A stretch of DNA of 63,073 bases, counting the filler, from Pelomyxa schiedti (lineage: Eukaryota; Protista; Evosea), in NCBI GenBank assembly GCA_020536535.1. It is 14 parts of 14 records of this genome, joined end to end, with 100 filler letters (N's around TTAATTAATTAA, not from the genome) between each part and the next. Parts side by side here need not be neighbours in the genome. Positions count along the whole stretch, not along the records: positions 1 to 1,150 come from JAHLWZ010002767.1; positions 1,251 to 3,578 come from JAHLWZ010002031.1; positions 3,679 to 5,902 come from JAHLWZ010002064.1; positions 6,003 to 8,804 come from JAHLWZ010001880.1; positions 8,905 to 15,392 come from JAHLWZ010001416.1; 9 more parts are not named here. One strand, given 5' to 3'. Of this stretch, positions 1-11,192 are shown in pieces. A program made the position numbers and the translations under genes. Each line of letters opens with the position of its first letter. The first letter of the stretch is position 1. The notes under the pieces are model-generated. The model had not been told where the DNA came from. It was given only the letters and a program-made list of their open reading frames with translations, and ran no database searches.

Positions 1-1150
1 GGGTACCCTCACAGTCTCAAACAACTAACCTACTCTTGGGATGCACCCTAAGCGCTGACCCTCCAGAGATTGGAGGTTCTCAGAAATCTGCTCTTTTTTT
101 CCCTTTGAAAAAAATCCCTTCCAGAGGGTTGGTGTTGGTAGGTTTGCTAAGACAGGCAGTGCTGCATCCAAAGGGGTCAGTGTGTATTTGTCATCCTCAT
201 GAGCACAATAAGACACATTGCCTGAATCCTGCAAACCAAGACATCCTCAGCTTTTTTTTGTGGTTTGATCAACTCTGATCCCTAAAGTCTAACCTAACCC
301 GCTACCTTCTTTTCCATTCTAAAACTTCGAATTTTTCGAAGGTGAGGGGGGGGTCTAGAAGTGCACTCCCCATTGGATATGTGGTTCATAAAGGGCGAAA
401 ATTTTTCCTCAGGAAAAGCCTTGTTGTGTTTGGATTTTGCCCAGGGCGAAAACAACAAGTGCCTCAAACAACGTTGTTGTCTCAGGATGCACGGTGTATT
501 TGAGGTTGATGGGCGGTTTGCCCCACTCAGATTTTTCATTGCCTTCACCATGGGACCCTCAGAAATCTAGTCGCATTTCTGGTGATCACCTGCCTAATAA
601 CAACCACCATCACTGTGATCAGTGTTGTTCTTAGTGTTGTGGTTTGCTGTGATGTTTTTGTGTGAAAAAAAAAAAAGCTGAAACCAAGGTGTTCAGGTTT
701 TGGAGGTTTGAAAAGGGGCATAGCTCGCCCACGTATTTGGCACTTTTCGGCTTGTGTCGTTACGGTTATCGGACGAATTTTTCGGACCGTTAACGCTAAT
801 CGGACCTCTCGGAGCGGGAAAAAAAGATGTTTTCCACGAACTTCTGATCGGTTTTTTTGGGCGGTGATCCAGTCAAAAAGCTGTGAAAAATCACTGCCCG
901 GTGATAAGTGGTTTGCACCTAGCTGTTATTCCTCACTGCAAAAGGCCTGGTCTTGCTTATTTGTCCCATACAAACACGATGGGGTTATTTGATCAATTTG
1001 TTACTGGGTATAATAGTGAAGATCTTGTACTAGTACTAAAGACAAGAAAAAAAAATTGGTTGTTGCATAGTGATGGGACGCAATAAACCAACGAGAGCAA
1101 CAACTGAGGTAGACACAGGAACGTCGTTATTGGTGCCTCCAATGGGGGGA

Positions 1151-1250
1151 NNNNNNNNNNNNNNNNNNNNNNNNNNNNNNNNNNNNNNNNNNNNTTAATT
1201 AATTAANNNNNNNNNNNNNNNNNNNNNNNNNNNNNNNNNNNNNNNNNNNN
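1151..1250. other. Artificial contig-joining spacer (N44-TTAATTAATTAA-N44). Also at 3579, 5903, 8805, 15393, 23141, 24578, 28088, 35812, 49611, 57733, 58923 and 61946
   Basis: Identical 100-nt N-flanked linker with stops in all six frames; it explains the ORFs ending in X..LIN. Confidence 0.97.
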
Positions 1251-3413
1251 AGGCATTGTTCATCCAGTTGTGCTGGTTCTCCTCAAAATGCAACCTAGCT
1301 ATCTTCTTTTGGAGTTTTGCCGTGGGTTGCTTTCCTTGGAGTTCCTGCACTATTTTATCTGGAAGAGGATCAATGAAGAGGGGCTGAGTATTTAACACGG
1401 AGGGAAGGTGGCTAGTTTCATGCCAGGAGCTTTGTATGCATATTTTGTGTAGCGCTTCGAAGTTAGGGAGGCCTAGACCTCCCTGCTTTGTGGGCCAGTG
1501 GATCAGGTCTTGATTCTTGTTGGGGATTGGGGACTTCAGCAATCCTTGTAGCAAAGTGTAGATGCTGCGGTTCAACTGGGTGAACCAGGCCCCTTCTGCT
1601 GGGGTGGTGCGGCAGAGGTAATTGGGGTTATGCGCCAGGGTATGCCTCAGCATCAGGAGGCGGAGCTGGAAGGATTTTAATTGATCCAGGGTGAGGATGC
1701 TGCTGGCCCATAGATTGACTTTAGCTTTCACTGACCTAGCAACAAAGTCCCCTTCACCAATGAAGGAGCCAAGGACTTTGATGCCTTCAGGGGAAGGCGA
1801 TAGGCCCCTGTTATTTTGCATGAGGGTGGGGTCTTTGTTGAAGATGGTGCATTTGCTGGGGTTGAGGTGTAGCCCCAGTTTGGGGAGGGTGTTCTGGAGT
1901 AATGTAAACGCCTTCAGACAATCCACAGTGGGGCCAATCAGGGTACCATCATCCAGGTAGAACAGATGGCGCACAAGAGGGTGTTGAAGGCATTGGAGAT
2001 ATCCAGCTGAATGATGGATTCCCCAGACTCAGCTGCATCTCTGGCGAAGTGGATGACTTTTTCTTCTCCTTTCTTCACCCCCACACCAAACTGGAATGGA
2101 AGGAAGAAGTCTTTAGCTGATTTCTGGATGTGGGCCAAAGCTGCCCTGGAGATGAGTCTGCGAAGGGTGAGGGAGATGACTATGGGTCTGACATCGTCTG
2201 GCTGTTGGGGCTTGGCAAAGGGGAGGAGGTTTCCACCTGACCAGGTAGGTTGTATTGATGGTGGAATGGGGATGATGCCGCAGTGAATGTCCCTCATGAA
2301 GTCATGAATGCACGTGCCTGCCTTCAGTAGGGCCTGCCAGTGTTCATATCGATATCCCCATTGATCCTGTGAGGAACTTCGTGGGGCTGATTCAATGGCT
2401 CCCATCGTGTCTCCAAGAGTGAGGGTGGGGGAGCATGGAGGAGAACCAAATGACTCATAGTCCCTGGGTGGGTGTTTTCGTTTAAGGTTTTTAATAACAC
2501 CATGGGAGTAGGGAAGGAGAGTGTTGTTCTTGAAGAGATGCTTGGCTGCCAAAGATAGCCGCCCTGCTTTTGCTGAAGCCTCTGCCTTCTCAATCTTATT
2601 GAAGGGTTTGGGGTCTCTGTGGGGGGTGAGAGGAGGGGGAATCGGCTCATTCTTCAAGAATGACTCCATTCTGAATTTAAGGGTGGCTGTGCCCCTGGCC
2701 CCTCCCCGAGGGGTTGAAGCTAGGAGGTGGGAGGGAAGGGTAGCCAGCTCTTCCCAAGCCAAAGAGTCACCTGCAGCGATACGCTTGAGGATTGGGTCCC
2801 AAACCCTCTTGAGCAAGGGGAAGAGGGAGGGTTTGATGGACCTGACTGTAGGGACTGGATTGCTGAGAACTGACGCCAATTTAGGGAGCTGTGTTGAGGG
2901 TGTGGATGTGAGACTGGAGGTGGGGAGGTGTTTGGGGGTGGGTGGCTCTGTGGGGTGGCATTTGTGCCCCTGCAGCCCTTTGAAGGGGAGCTGACATTTG
3001 GGGCACCTTACTGCACGGATGTTGGTGATGAGGCTGTCTGTTATCTGCTGAGGGATGTGTGCTGTTCGTAAATGTTTACATAACTCGGAGGAGTTAGGGT
3101 ATGAGGGGGTGCTGAGACAGAGTGGACACTTGAAAGAGGTGTGCTGTGGAGGGGATAAAGATGTTGGGCTGCTGGAGCTGGAGGGCTCTAGCAATCCTGT
3201 GTGAGAGGGGTGCTGATCTCCTGCGAGAGGGGTTGAGGGATGAGCTCCACCTCTACTGTCTGAAGCTGGTTCTGGGGAGGCTGGGGAGAGGGGACTGCCT
3301 TGGGGGACATGATCCTTTTGCTGGAGGACTGGTTGTCTGGGATGGGATTCTTGTGAGGAGATTTTGTTGCTGGAGAAATTTAATTTCGTTTCTAGAATTC
3401 TGAGAACACCCAT
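1251..3413 (-). mobile_element. Non-LTR retrotransposon, CRE/SLACS-like clade; defective and 3'-truncated by the contig end
   Basis: N-terminal C2H2 finger (FKCPLC..LCKHLRTAH) and second Zn motif (CPKC..HKCH). Clade-typical motifs PRGG, LKRKHP, VRPIVISLTLRRL, QFGVGV, LDISNAFNT, YLDDGTLIG, GLHLNPSKC, GIKVLGSFIG, YLCRTTP, PTKQGGLGL. Split over two frames near 1975. Confidence 0.9.
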
Positions 3414-4506
3414 GTTGTAACAAAACGTGCTTTTGTTGGTTGGGCACTAAAACGACAACTAGTACCAAGTTGAAGCAGCAGGGCACAGGCACAGTGTCAC
3501 ACCTGTCAGTTCGTCAATCACAGCAATAAGCTCCTCATCTGATGTGGTGCCTTGTGGGTGCGCCAGTGCTGGTGCGAGNNNNNNNNNNNNNNNNNNNNNN
3601 NNNNNNNNNNNNNNNNNNNNNNTTAATTAATTAANNNNNNNNNNNNNNNNNNNNNNNNNNNNNNNNNNNNNNNNNNNNATGAGACAACTGTGTTTAAGGA
3701 AAGAAAGAAAAAAGTTCAGTCAAATTTTTTTTTTCTTTTCTTTTCTTCTTAAGGCCCAAACAAAAAAAAACAAAAGAGGAGATAGACACTCAATCAGCAC
3801 AGCCTTGGTGGTTGAGAGAAGATAAGAGTGATGGATGTATCACGAATCTATTTGGCAGGGTGAAAAAAACTCACCAAGAAGAAGTCATGACAATAATAAG
3901 AAAAGAGAAAACCTATTGCGTTTTTGGCCAAGCCCATCACGAAGGATATGCAGTGAAAACTTCCCCAGAAGAAAATTGGCAAACGGTCGAGTCCAACACA
4001 AGCACCTGTCGTGGTGAACCTTGTCTCCATGGCGGTGGGGAACTCACCCGGAAGCCATAACAACATATGAAGACATGTGGTCCACTGTAAAGCCAATGAG
4101 TTACCACCACCTTCCAGGCTTTGTTAACGAGCCGGAGTTGCAAGATAGAATTCAACTCTTCAGAACAGATATGTATACAAGGCATCCGCGCCGCCTTGCA
4201 CACTGAGCAGCTTTTCACCACGTAATAACCAAGAATTCTGTGTGCTTTTGCAAAGAATATTTATTTGAAGATCTTTATAATGAATAAATACGCGATGTAG
4301 TATTTCGGAAGTGAAGAAATGTCATTGTAAGTTGTAAGTTGTAATTTGTTGTTTGTTGTTTTTTGGCTTACTGAGAGATGCACGGATAAATTTGGGGAAT
4401 GTGGATGACGGTGGGCTCGTCAAAACATTGAGACAACTTTCCACCGAGGAGTTATGTGCTAGCAGAAGCACAGTGGCTCTTCTGGACAGGCACAAAAGGG
4501 CGCTAC

Positions 4507-4880
4507 AGATCTGGAGGTGCAGCATCTGGCAATGACATGATTACGGCGGGCGAGTTCGCACCCCGCAGGTGGTGAACACCACAAACCCCGTCATCTCGTC
4601 GTGCTGTGACGGGCAATTCCTCTGGACTATATACAACTTGTTGGCTGTTCGTGATCAGGTTCTATCCCTTCTTTTTTGGCCTGCAGTGAGGGATAGAACC
4701 TGAGCAGGCCAAAAAAAAAGGGATAGAACCTGATCACAAACAGCCAACAAGTTGTAATAGTCCAGAGGAATTGCCCGTCACAGCACGACGAGACGACGGG
4801 GTTTGCGGCATTCACCACCTGCGGGGTGTGAACTCGCCTGCCGTAATCATGTCATTGCCAGATGCTGCACCTCCAGATCT
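4507..4880. repeat. Long inverted repeat / fold-back (arms 4507-4684 and 4704-4880)
   Basis: The ~177-bp arms are reverse complements with a few transitions and one indel; 19-nt loop. Confidence 0.95.
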
Positions 4881-5543
4881 TGATTGTGGCGTGTCGTTGG
4901 CCATGTGGGAGTGGGAGTGGGAGTGGGAGTCACCGGTCGTATCTTGCGCATCTTGTTGCAGGGGGTGGTTGTCTTCTTTGCTGTCGGGTGTGGGTGTTGG
5001 TCACTGTTGCGATCTTGGAGCACTTGGCGGCGCGATCGTCGCCGTCGCCGTTTCCCCCCTCGCGTCGATTGTTGTTGTTGTTGTTGCTTCCGCTGCCTGT
5101 ATCCCAGTCCGCCATGGTTGTCGTGTGTAGATCTACAGTAGTACTCTGTGCAAAAGTGTAAAGTGTAGGTGGTAGCACGTTGCTTTTACGGTGGGGTGTC
5201 AGTGGTTATGTATGGGTTCGTGGGTTTTTGTTTTGTTTTGTTTTAAAAAAAAAAAATGAGTGTTTGACCGCTTGTCAACCCTATTTTTTGACCTTATTTT
5301 TTTTTACAAACAGAAATCCCCTGCCGCTGCATAGAATTGGATATGTTGGATTTATTGGATTTTTCTAAGAAATCTTTCTCACTCCTGACAACGACAAACG
5401 AAACAATTAATTAATTAACTAGAACGGTGGTGCTGTGCACCACGTAATGGGAGTGAAGCGTAGAATTTTTTAAAGAAACAACTGCAGTTTATATGAAAAG
5501 TCTCTTTTCTTGGTTTGAGTGAGGTGGGTGCGCGTTGGAATCG

Positions 5544-5846
5544 TTATAAGCAGTTGGAAGGATTGTGACATATGTGTTGTTGAATGCATCTGCATACTGC
5601 TGTACAGGGTCTGTTGTTGCGAGTGCATGTACGGCATGTCTTTGTGGAACAGGCATTCATACTGCTGCACGTACATTCATCAAATTCGTATGAGACGGAG
5701 GAATTCACGGGCAGGGAGTTAATGAGCTGTTCTGAGGAGCAAGCAGAATCTACTCTTAACGGTGGAATTATAGAATTATGTAGAACAGGTGAAGTTTGGT
5801 TATCTCGCTGTGCGGAATTATGTATAGCCGAAGAGGAAGTAGCATC
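5544..5846 (-). CDS. 3' exon of a protein ending in a CXC (tesmin/CRC-like) cysteine cluster
   Basis: Manual translation ...ECTCSSMNACSTKTCRTCTRNNRPCTAVCRCIQQHICHNPSNCL*, preceded by a ~38-nt GT..AG intron; N-terminus lost at the contig end. Confidence 0.65.
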   Translation of the reverse strand, partial: DATSSSAIHNSAQRDNQTSPVLHNSIIPPLRVDSACSSEQLINSLPVNSSVSYEFDECTCSSMNACSTKTCRTCTRNNRPCTAVCRCIQQHICHNPSNCL

Positions 5847-6002
5847 TTTTTAGCCGATTAGATAGTGTTTGTATTTGGTATACATGCCGCGGGATGGTAT
5901 GGNNNNNNNNNNNNNNNNNNNNNNNNNNNNNNNNNNNNNNNNNNNNTTAATTAATTAANNNNNNNNNNNNNNNNNNNNNNNNNNNNNNNNNNNNNNNNNN
6001 NN

Positions 6003-7307
6003 ACACAAACCGAAAATTGGTGGCACCAAGCTAGCTTTCTCCCACAAGTATAAATCCCACAAAACAAACGAGTTAAAAAAGAAACGAGCCGGAGTTCTTT
6101 GGTGGCTCGAGTAACTTGGGGTGTGCCGATAGCGCCCCGGCAACGAGCGGATTGTGCCGTACAACGCAAAGAGATATCCCACCAGGTGTGTGAACGAACC
6201 ATTCATTAAGACCAAGGTGGATGGTGGATTCTGACCAGCAGAGGTTCTCTGTTTGTGGTCAACCACTGAACCACACTGCGGGATGGTGTGGTGATCAGAC
6301 CGCTTGGGTGATGGTGAGGTCACAAAACAGACGGGAAAGCAGGTCTTGGCGCATCTCACCTCGATGGAGTTGTCCCCCCTGTGGACCTTGAAAAGGAAGC
6401 CGGCTTCTGCAAACACAGTGGTGAGTGGCTCCAAAGGGAGGAAGCACGTGATTTCCTTCAGTCGGTGGTGCGGTGTTGGTTCCTCCACAGCTCCTCCTCC
6501 TCCTCCTCCTCCAACAGTGAACCCCCATATTTCATATCTATCTTGCTTGGAGATGCAAAAGCGGTGGCAGTCAACTTGTGTGAGCACAGTCACATCACTG
6601 GACAGCTGCCTGCATTCTGATGAACTGGTGGTTCTGGCTTCCACTACATGGAACAGGTCTCCTCTTGCTCAAGTACATGAATGCGCCTGTGTGCTCTGGA
6701 ACGTTGATGTCACCTGAAGGGCAGCGCGCGTATCTCCTCTCCAACAAGTTTGCCACATGGAGCACCTTCCCTTGAAAGTCGTAGCACACCCACCACACGT
6801 GATTGGCAGCGTAGCGAGTGTAAGAATGGGTGCTTGGGAGCAGGATTTCCTTCCTTCCGGTCATCACGTCAACCAACGAGAACCGCGCGCACAAGTGACC
6901 AAGAAGCTCCTTCTTTACGAAGCAGATGTTGGATTGGCCCGCAAAAACAGTATTGCGGCACTGTTGTGCTTGACAGAGATTTCACGTGGCTCGACGGACA
7001 CGCCCAGAGTGAGCGGGGAAGCGCCAAAGTGGAACACACGGAACTTTGGGGCAGTGACACACACAGCAAAGAACGGGTCGGACTCGGCAATCACCCTGCG
7101 CAGGTTGGCGGGCAGGCCGTCGTGCCGCCACATGAGCGCCGCCGCGCTGCGCGCCCCGCACGTCGGGTGCGACGCGCACGCGAAGGCCAGCAGCTGCTCG
7201 GCCAGGTTCCGCTCGACCTGGTGCGTGGTCTCGGTGGGCGCGTCGACGTTGGTGCGGACCCACCGGCCGTGCTGGCGCTGCTTCGGCGCCAGCTTGCGCT
7301 TGGCCAC
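6003..7307 (-). pseudogene. Member of a lineage-specific paralog family; frameshifted
   Basis: Starts MAKRK..EQLLAFACASHPTCGARSAA..GASPLTLGV; continues in ORFs 6595-6894 and 5955-6644 in different frames with no obvious introns. Confidence 0.55.
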
Positions 7308-7764
7308 CCTGCGGTGCCGTCGTCTGTGCGCAGTGGCGGGGTCGTGGTTGTGCTGCCTCTGTCCTCGCCGCCGTGCGCGGCAACGGCCGCTCCCACGGTC
7401 GTCGTTGGTGGCCGCGAAGGTGCGTCGTGATACGTGTTCGTATTGGCACCTCCTTCTCCCACACCCTGGTGGCCCACGTCCTGTCTGTTGAGGGGAACAG
7501 GGTCTCTTTTTTTTTTCGCAGCACCCACAGATGGTGAAGGTTCAGTTATTGGACCCAGGTGCATGTTGGCATTGGTCTAGGGTTTCCCAGTTTTTGTGTT
7601 TTTCCTTTTTGCTCCTCCTCCATTTCCTGCAGGAGTTGTGCACCATGTTGAGTGGGAAAGAGTAACTAACATTTGGGGGAAACAGAGAGATTTGCTGCTG
7701 GTGGAGTGGCATATGCTGGAGGTGCACCAGTTCCTTTTTACATATGTTGTCATGGGTTTTGATA

Positions 7765-8100
7765 TCAATGGGGGAAAAATTTTGCCCACATGAACAACAG
7801 AAGAGCTCCTACACTACACACATCACTTTTCTTCTTTGACAACTGGTCACCAGTCTCACTGTACACTCGTTCCAAGCTATCTTTTAACGGTGTGACTAAA
7901 GCCAACCAGGTGCACTCCTGGACAAGGTAAACAATTATGTTTGATGGACCAAATACCCAGCCAGTTGTCAACAAGTGCCTGACTTTTTCTTCTTTTCTTC
8001 TCCTGACTTATAGGAACCTGTGAAGGAAGCACAAGGTGCTGTATCCTTGTGGCACTGTCACATCAAAAGCAATTCTCATAGAAATGTTCACATCAGTAGT
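7765..8100 (-). pseudogene. Degenerate protein-kinase fragment
   Basis: Remnants IAFDV..CFLHR (cf. IALDVA..LHRD) and SKKKSDVCSVGALLLFMW (cf. subdomain IX KSDVYSFGVLLWEM), with stops and frameshifts. Confidence 0.35.
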
Positions 8101-8668
8101 ACCCGTCTATCGTTCTTCATCACTCACATTCTTCCTTCTCAGGACCCAGAATCCATTTCTTCCCTGATGCATTTCTAACTTTACAAAAAGAAGTTTGAAA
8201 TGTGTGTTTCAGTAGAATACTCAAGCAAACTCTCTGTGAGCACGAACACCAAGACTGAGAGACTGACCTCAATTTCAAGTCCTTTTCAAGTCCCCACAAA
8301 TCAAAACAAACAACAAACAGAACAAAGAATAGAATCTCTTCCATGATCTTGTGCTTGTTCTCTGTCTTTCTCATCACACAACAAACTACACATCCCCACA
8401 GAAACACACAGAAACATCCCCAAAACAAAAAAAAAAAAAAAAAAAATTTTGGGGAGGAGGAAAGATGGACAACAACGTCAGATTCATCATTTCTTTAATC
8501 ATTAACCCAATCGTACCATCCCCTTTCGCTCTTTTTCTGGGTAAAAAATTCGGCCTCCGTTGCAATTATGGGTTCCGAAAGAACTTTGTTTTTTCCCTTC
8601 ACCGCGCTCTAGCGTTACTTTGCGTCAAACACGCTGGTTGGCTACCAAACGAGAGATAGTGTGCACAG

Positions 8669-8804
8669 ATGCCGCACGTGCCGACGCTTGACGAGTACAT
8701 GAGACGCAGTGGTGCGTGGGCCCGGTGCGCCAAGGAAGGCCAGCCGCTCGCGGGGCTGCGCGGTGCCGTGGTCGCCATCGACGGTGGCCACTGGTTCCAC
8801 AGCA
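8669..8804 (+). CDS. N-terminus of an XPG/FEN-type PIN-domain protein (MKT1-like), truncated
   Basis: MPHVPTLDEYMR...LAGLRGAVVAIDGGHWF matches the L.G..vaIDa..W N-terminal PIN motif. Confidence 0.55.
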
Positions 8805-8904
8805 NNNNNNNNNNNNNNNNNNNNNNNNNNNNNNNNNNNNNNNNNNNNTTAATTAATTAANNNNNNNNNNNNNNNNNNNNNNNNNNNNNNNNNNNNNNNN
8901 NNNN

Positions 8905-10066
8905 TTTGATGTTGGAAAATTCCAGAACCTGTTCTTCCATTGAATACATTGTTGTTGAGAACACCCCTCAATGGAACATTCCCAGTTGTGGAGAGTGTCA
9001 TAATACCCTCCCCAACGACCTGCAAGATCCCCAATCCATGCACTTCAAACTGCGAGAAGGTACCCTCAAATTGGTCACCATTTGGCCACCTTCTTGCTCC
9101 CTTCTTTGGCACACCCATCTCCCACAACCCTGTGAACGATGACCCATCCCTTGACCACGTCCTTGTCCCTTCGCCGTTCTCCATGCCACACACCCACTTG
9201 CCATCGTACCTGTCGCCGTTTGCCCACAGCCTCACACCCCGACCATGGAACATGTCATCCTTCCACTCCCCAATGTAGCTCCCACCTCGCTCCCCCCCAT
9301 CACCACCAAACAGCATGCTCCCAGTTCCACTCCTCTTGCCGTGATCAAACATGCCATTGTAGATTTCACCTTCATGTGACGTCCACGTTCCCCTCCCGTG
9401 CCACTTGTCCCTGTCCCACTCCCCCTCGTACACCGTCTCCATAATCGTTGTTGTGGCGCTTTTGTCAGCGGCTCTCTTCCTTCTTTGCACACCCCACCCC
9501 TGCATCTCAGACCCGGTGGTGCCAAACACCCAGTCGCCGTCCTTGACTTCGGCGCCGGACCTGTCGTGCCACGCACCCCTCTTGCGCATGTTGTCCCTGT
9601 ACAGCCCCTCGAACCACGAGCCGTCAGAGCCGCTGCGGTACACGCCCCATCCGTCGACAATGCCGTTGAGCCACTCGCCGTCGTAGGTGTCGCCATTGGC
9701 CCACCTGAGGACGCCTCGGCCGTTCTCTTCGCCGTCGGCCCACTGGCCGTCGTAGGTGCAGTCGTGGCGCTTGCAGGTGCCTTTCCCGTCGCGCTGGTTG
9801 TTTACGAGCCTGCCTGTGTACGTGCCGTGGTAGGATGGGGACTTGTCATCTGCAACCATCGCCGCTGTAATGGTGGCAACAGTTGCAGCCTTCTTTTCAG
9901 CCAACTCGTAAGCCGCAATTTGCTGCGGGGTGGCAGACGATGCTGCGGGAACGGTGGGCCTATCCCATTGAGAACACCTGGTGATCAAATTTGCGTAGTA
10001 TGTCCTCCCAGAAGTACAGTCCACTCTTTCGCTCCATCCAACAGGAAGTGGGATCGTGTCGGTCAT
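8905..10066 (-). CDS. WW-domain + MORN-repeat protein (3'-truncated)
   Basis: PLPVGWSERVDCTSGRTYYANLITRCSQWDRP is a WW domain; many Y.GEW....HG.G MORN repeats follow; ATG at 10066. Confidence 0.9.
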
Positions 10067-10100
10067 ATATCGTTTGTTTATAAAATGTGTCGACCAGTCC

Positions 10101-10866
10101 TTAGATCGCTCGTGCCTTTCGATCTTTTTTTTTCCAGGAAGGAAAGGAAGGAAGGAATTCAATGAAACAGGTTGTTGTGAAACAACCAAACGTGAAATCG
10201 CCGCCGCGATTTGAGCTGTTGTACACTTCGAACTTGGAGTAACCCCTGTGAGCCCTCACAAATAGATGATTCCTGCCAACTGGTATTACGAAGGCGTTGC
10301 CTGGAAACCGTGCAACTTGTTCCTCAGTTGTCACGTCAACAAGGACCCTGTGGTAGTGAGAATCATTGTGCAATGTGCAGATCATAGGAAGAAACAATCA
10401 CTACATCATCACAAAGTGGTGAGAAATGCAGAAACCACTCCAGCCTGGTATCAGCCAATAACCGTCCTGGCTCCTCAGACAAAGCACCCCCAACAATCTT
10501 CCAAATGCAAGCTTGCTCTGTGCTTGCTGGATACCCAATGATCCACTTTCTGTTGCACAATGGCGAGAAGTATGACCCTCCTTCCAGTGAAACAATGGTT
10601 CCTCTGTTGGGCATGGTCTCACAACACACTTCCTCTATGTGAATAGACTTGACCCGCCATGGATTCTCTGAGGATTCCACCAGAATCCTGTTGTGTCCCA
10701 CACAGCCGCACACCCTCAAATGTGTGAGCACACAGTGACTGACAAGCCCCAGAGTGGGTGACACCCTCACGTGCAAGTAGTGATTCGCGATTGGGAGCCT
10801 GAACACGTCTTCGTCACTTGGCCAGAGAACCCAGTCCTCGGCCCATGCCCTGAACACACAACTCAA
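10101..10866 (-). pseudogene. Truncated, frameshifted paralog of the RAWAEDWVL family
   Basis: Shares RAWAEDWVL, VSPTLGLV, CGCVGHNRIL, SPLCNRKW and VGRNHLFVRA with 47752-48954, but has an internal deletion/frameshift near 10380. Confidence 0.75.
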
Positions 10867-11192
10867 ATGGGGACGAGAGTCTTATCATGCTTGAAGGCAC
10901 CTTCTCGCAAAGCCTTGTGACACAACAAGGAGCTGGCATCACACCTCTGAGATCTTTCTGCAACAAAGAAACCTTTGAGGAAGCAGATGTTGCCCTGCAG
11001 GATGCTCCTTGGACATGCTCTCACTGTTCAAGACTCTGATTCCGCAAAAAAGATCTAAAACTTTTGATCAAAAAAAAACAAAAAACGTGAGGGGAGACGA
11101 TAATGTAATTTAAAAAAAAACAAACCAACACCCCACGATGCTTATAAAAATGAATTGGGTACCTGACGTGTGCACAGTGGTTAATACATAGA

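Noticed and set aside
285-300. Telomere-like CTAACCTAACCC as a CRE target
   Set aside because: Fewer than two units and on a different contig from the retroelement
1151-1250. Conserved TTAATTAATTAA element and ..LIN C-termini
   Set aside because: Artificial six-frame-stop linker between contigs
3500-3545. Hammerhead-like motif upstream of the retroelement (CAGATGAG..GACGAAC, minus strand)
   Set aside because: Core deviates from CUGAUGA/GAAA, the stems are not convincing, and the region also reads as plausible coding sequence
3835-4206. Two same-frame ORFs split by one TGA (readthrough or selenocysteine)
   Set aside because: No recognisable homology or SECIS; other genes use TGA as a normal stop
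5407-5418. TTAATTAATTAA without flanking Ns
   Set aside because: Most likely a chance (TTAA)3 in an AT-rich intergenic region; no inverted termini nearby
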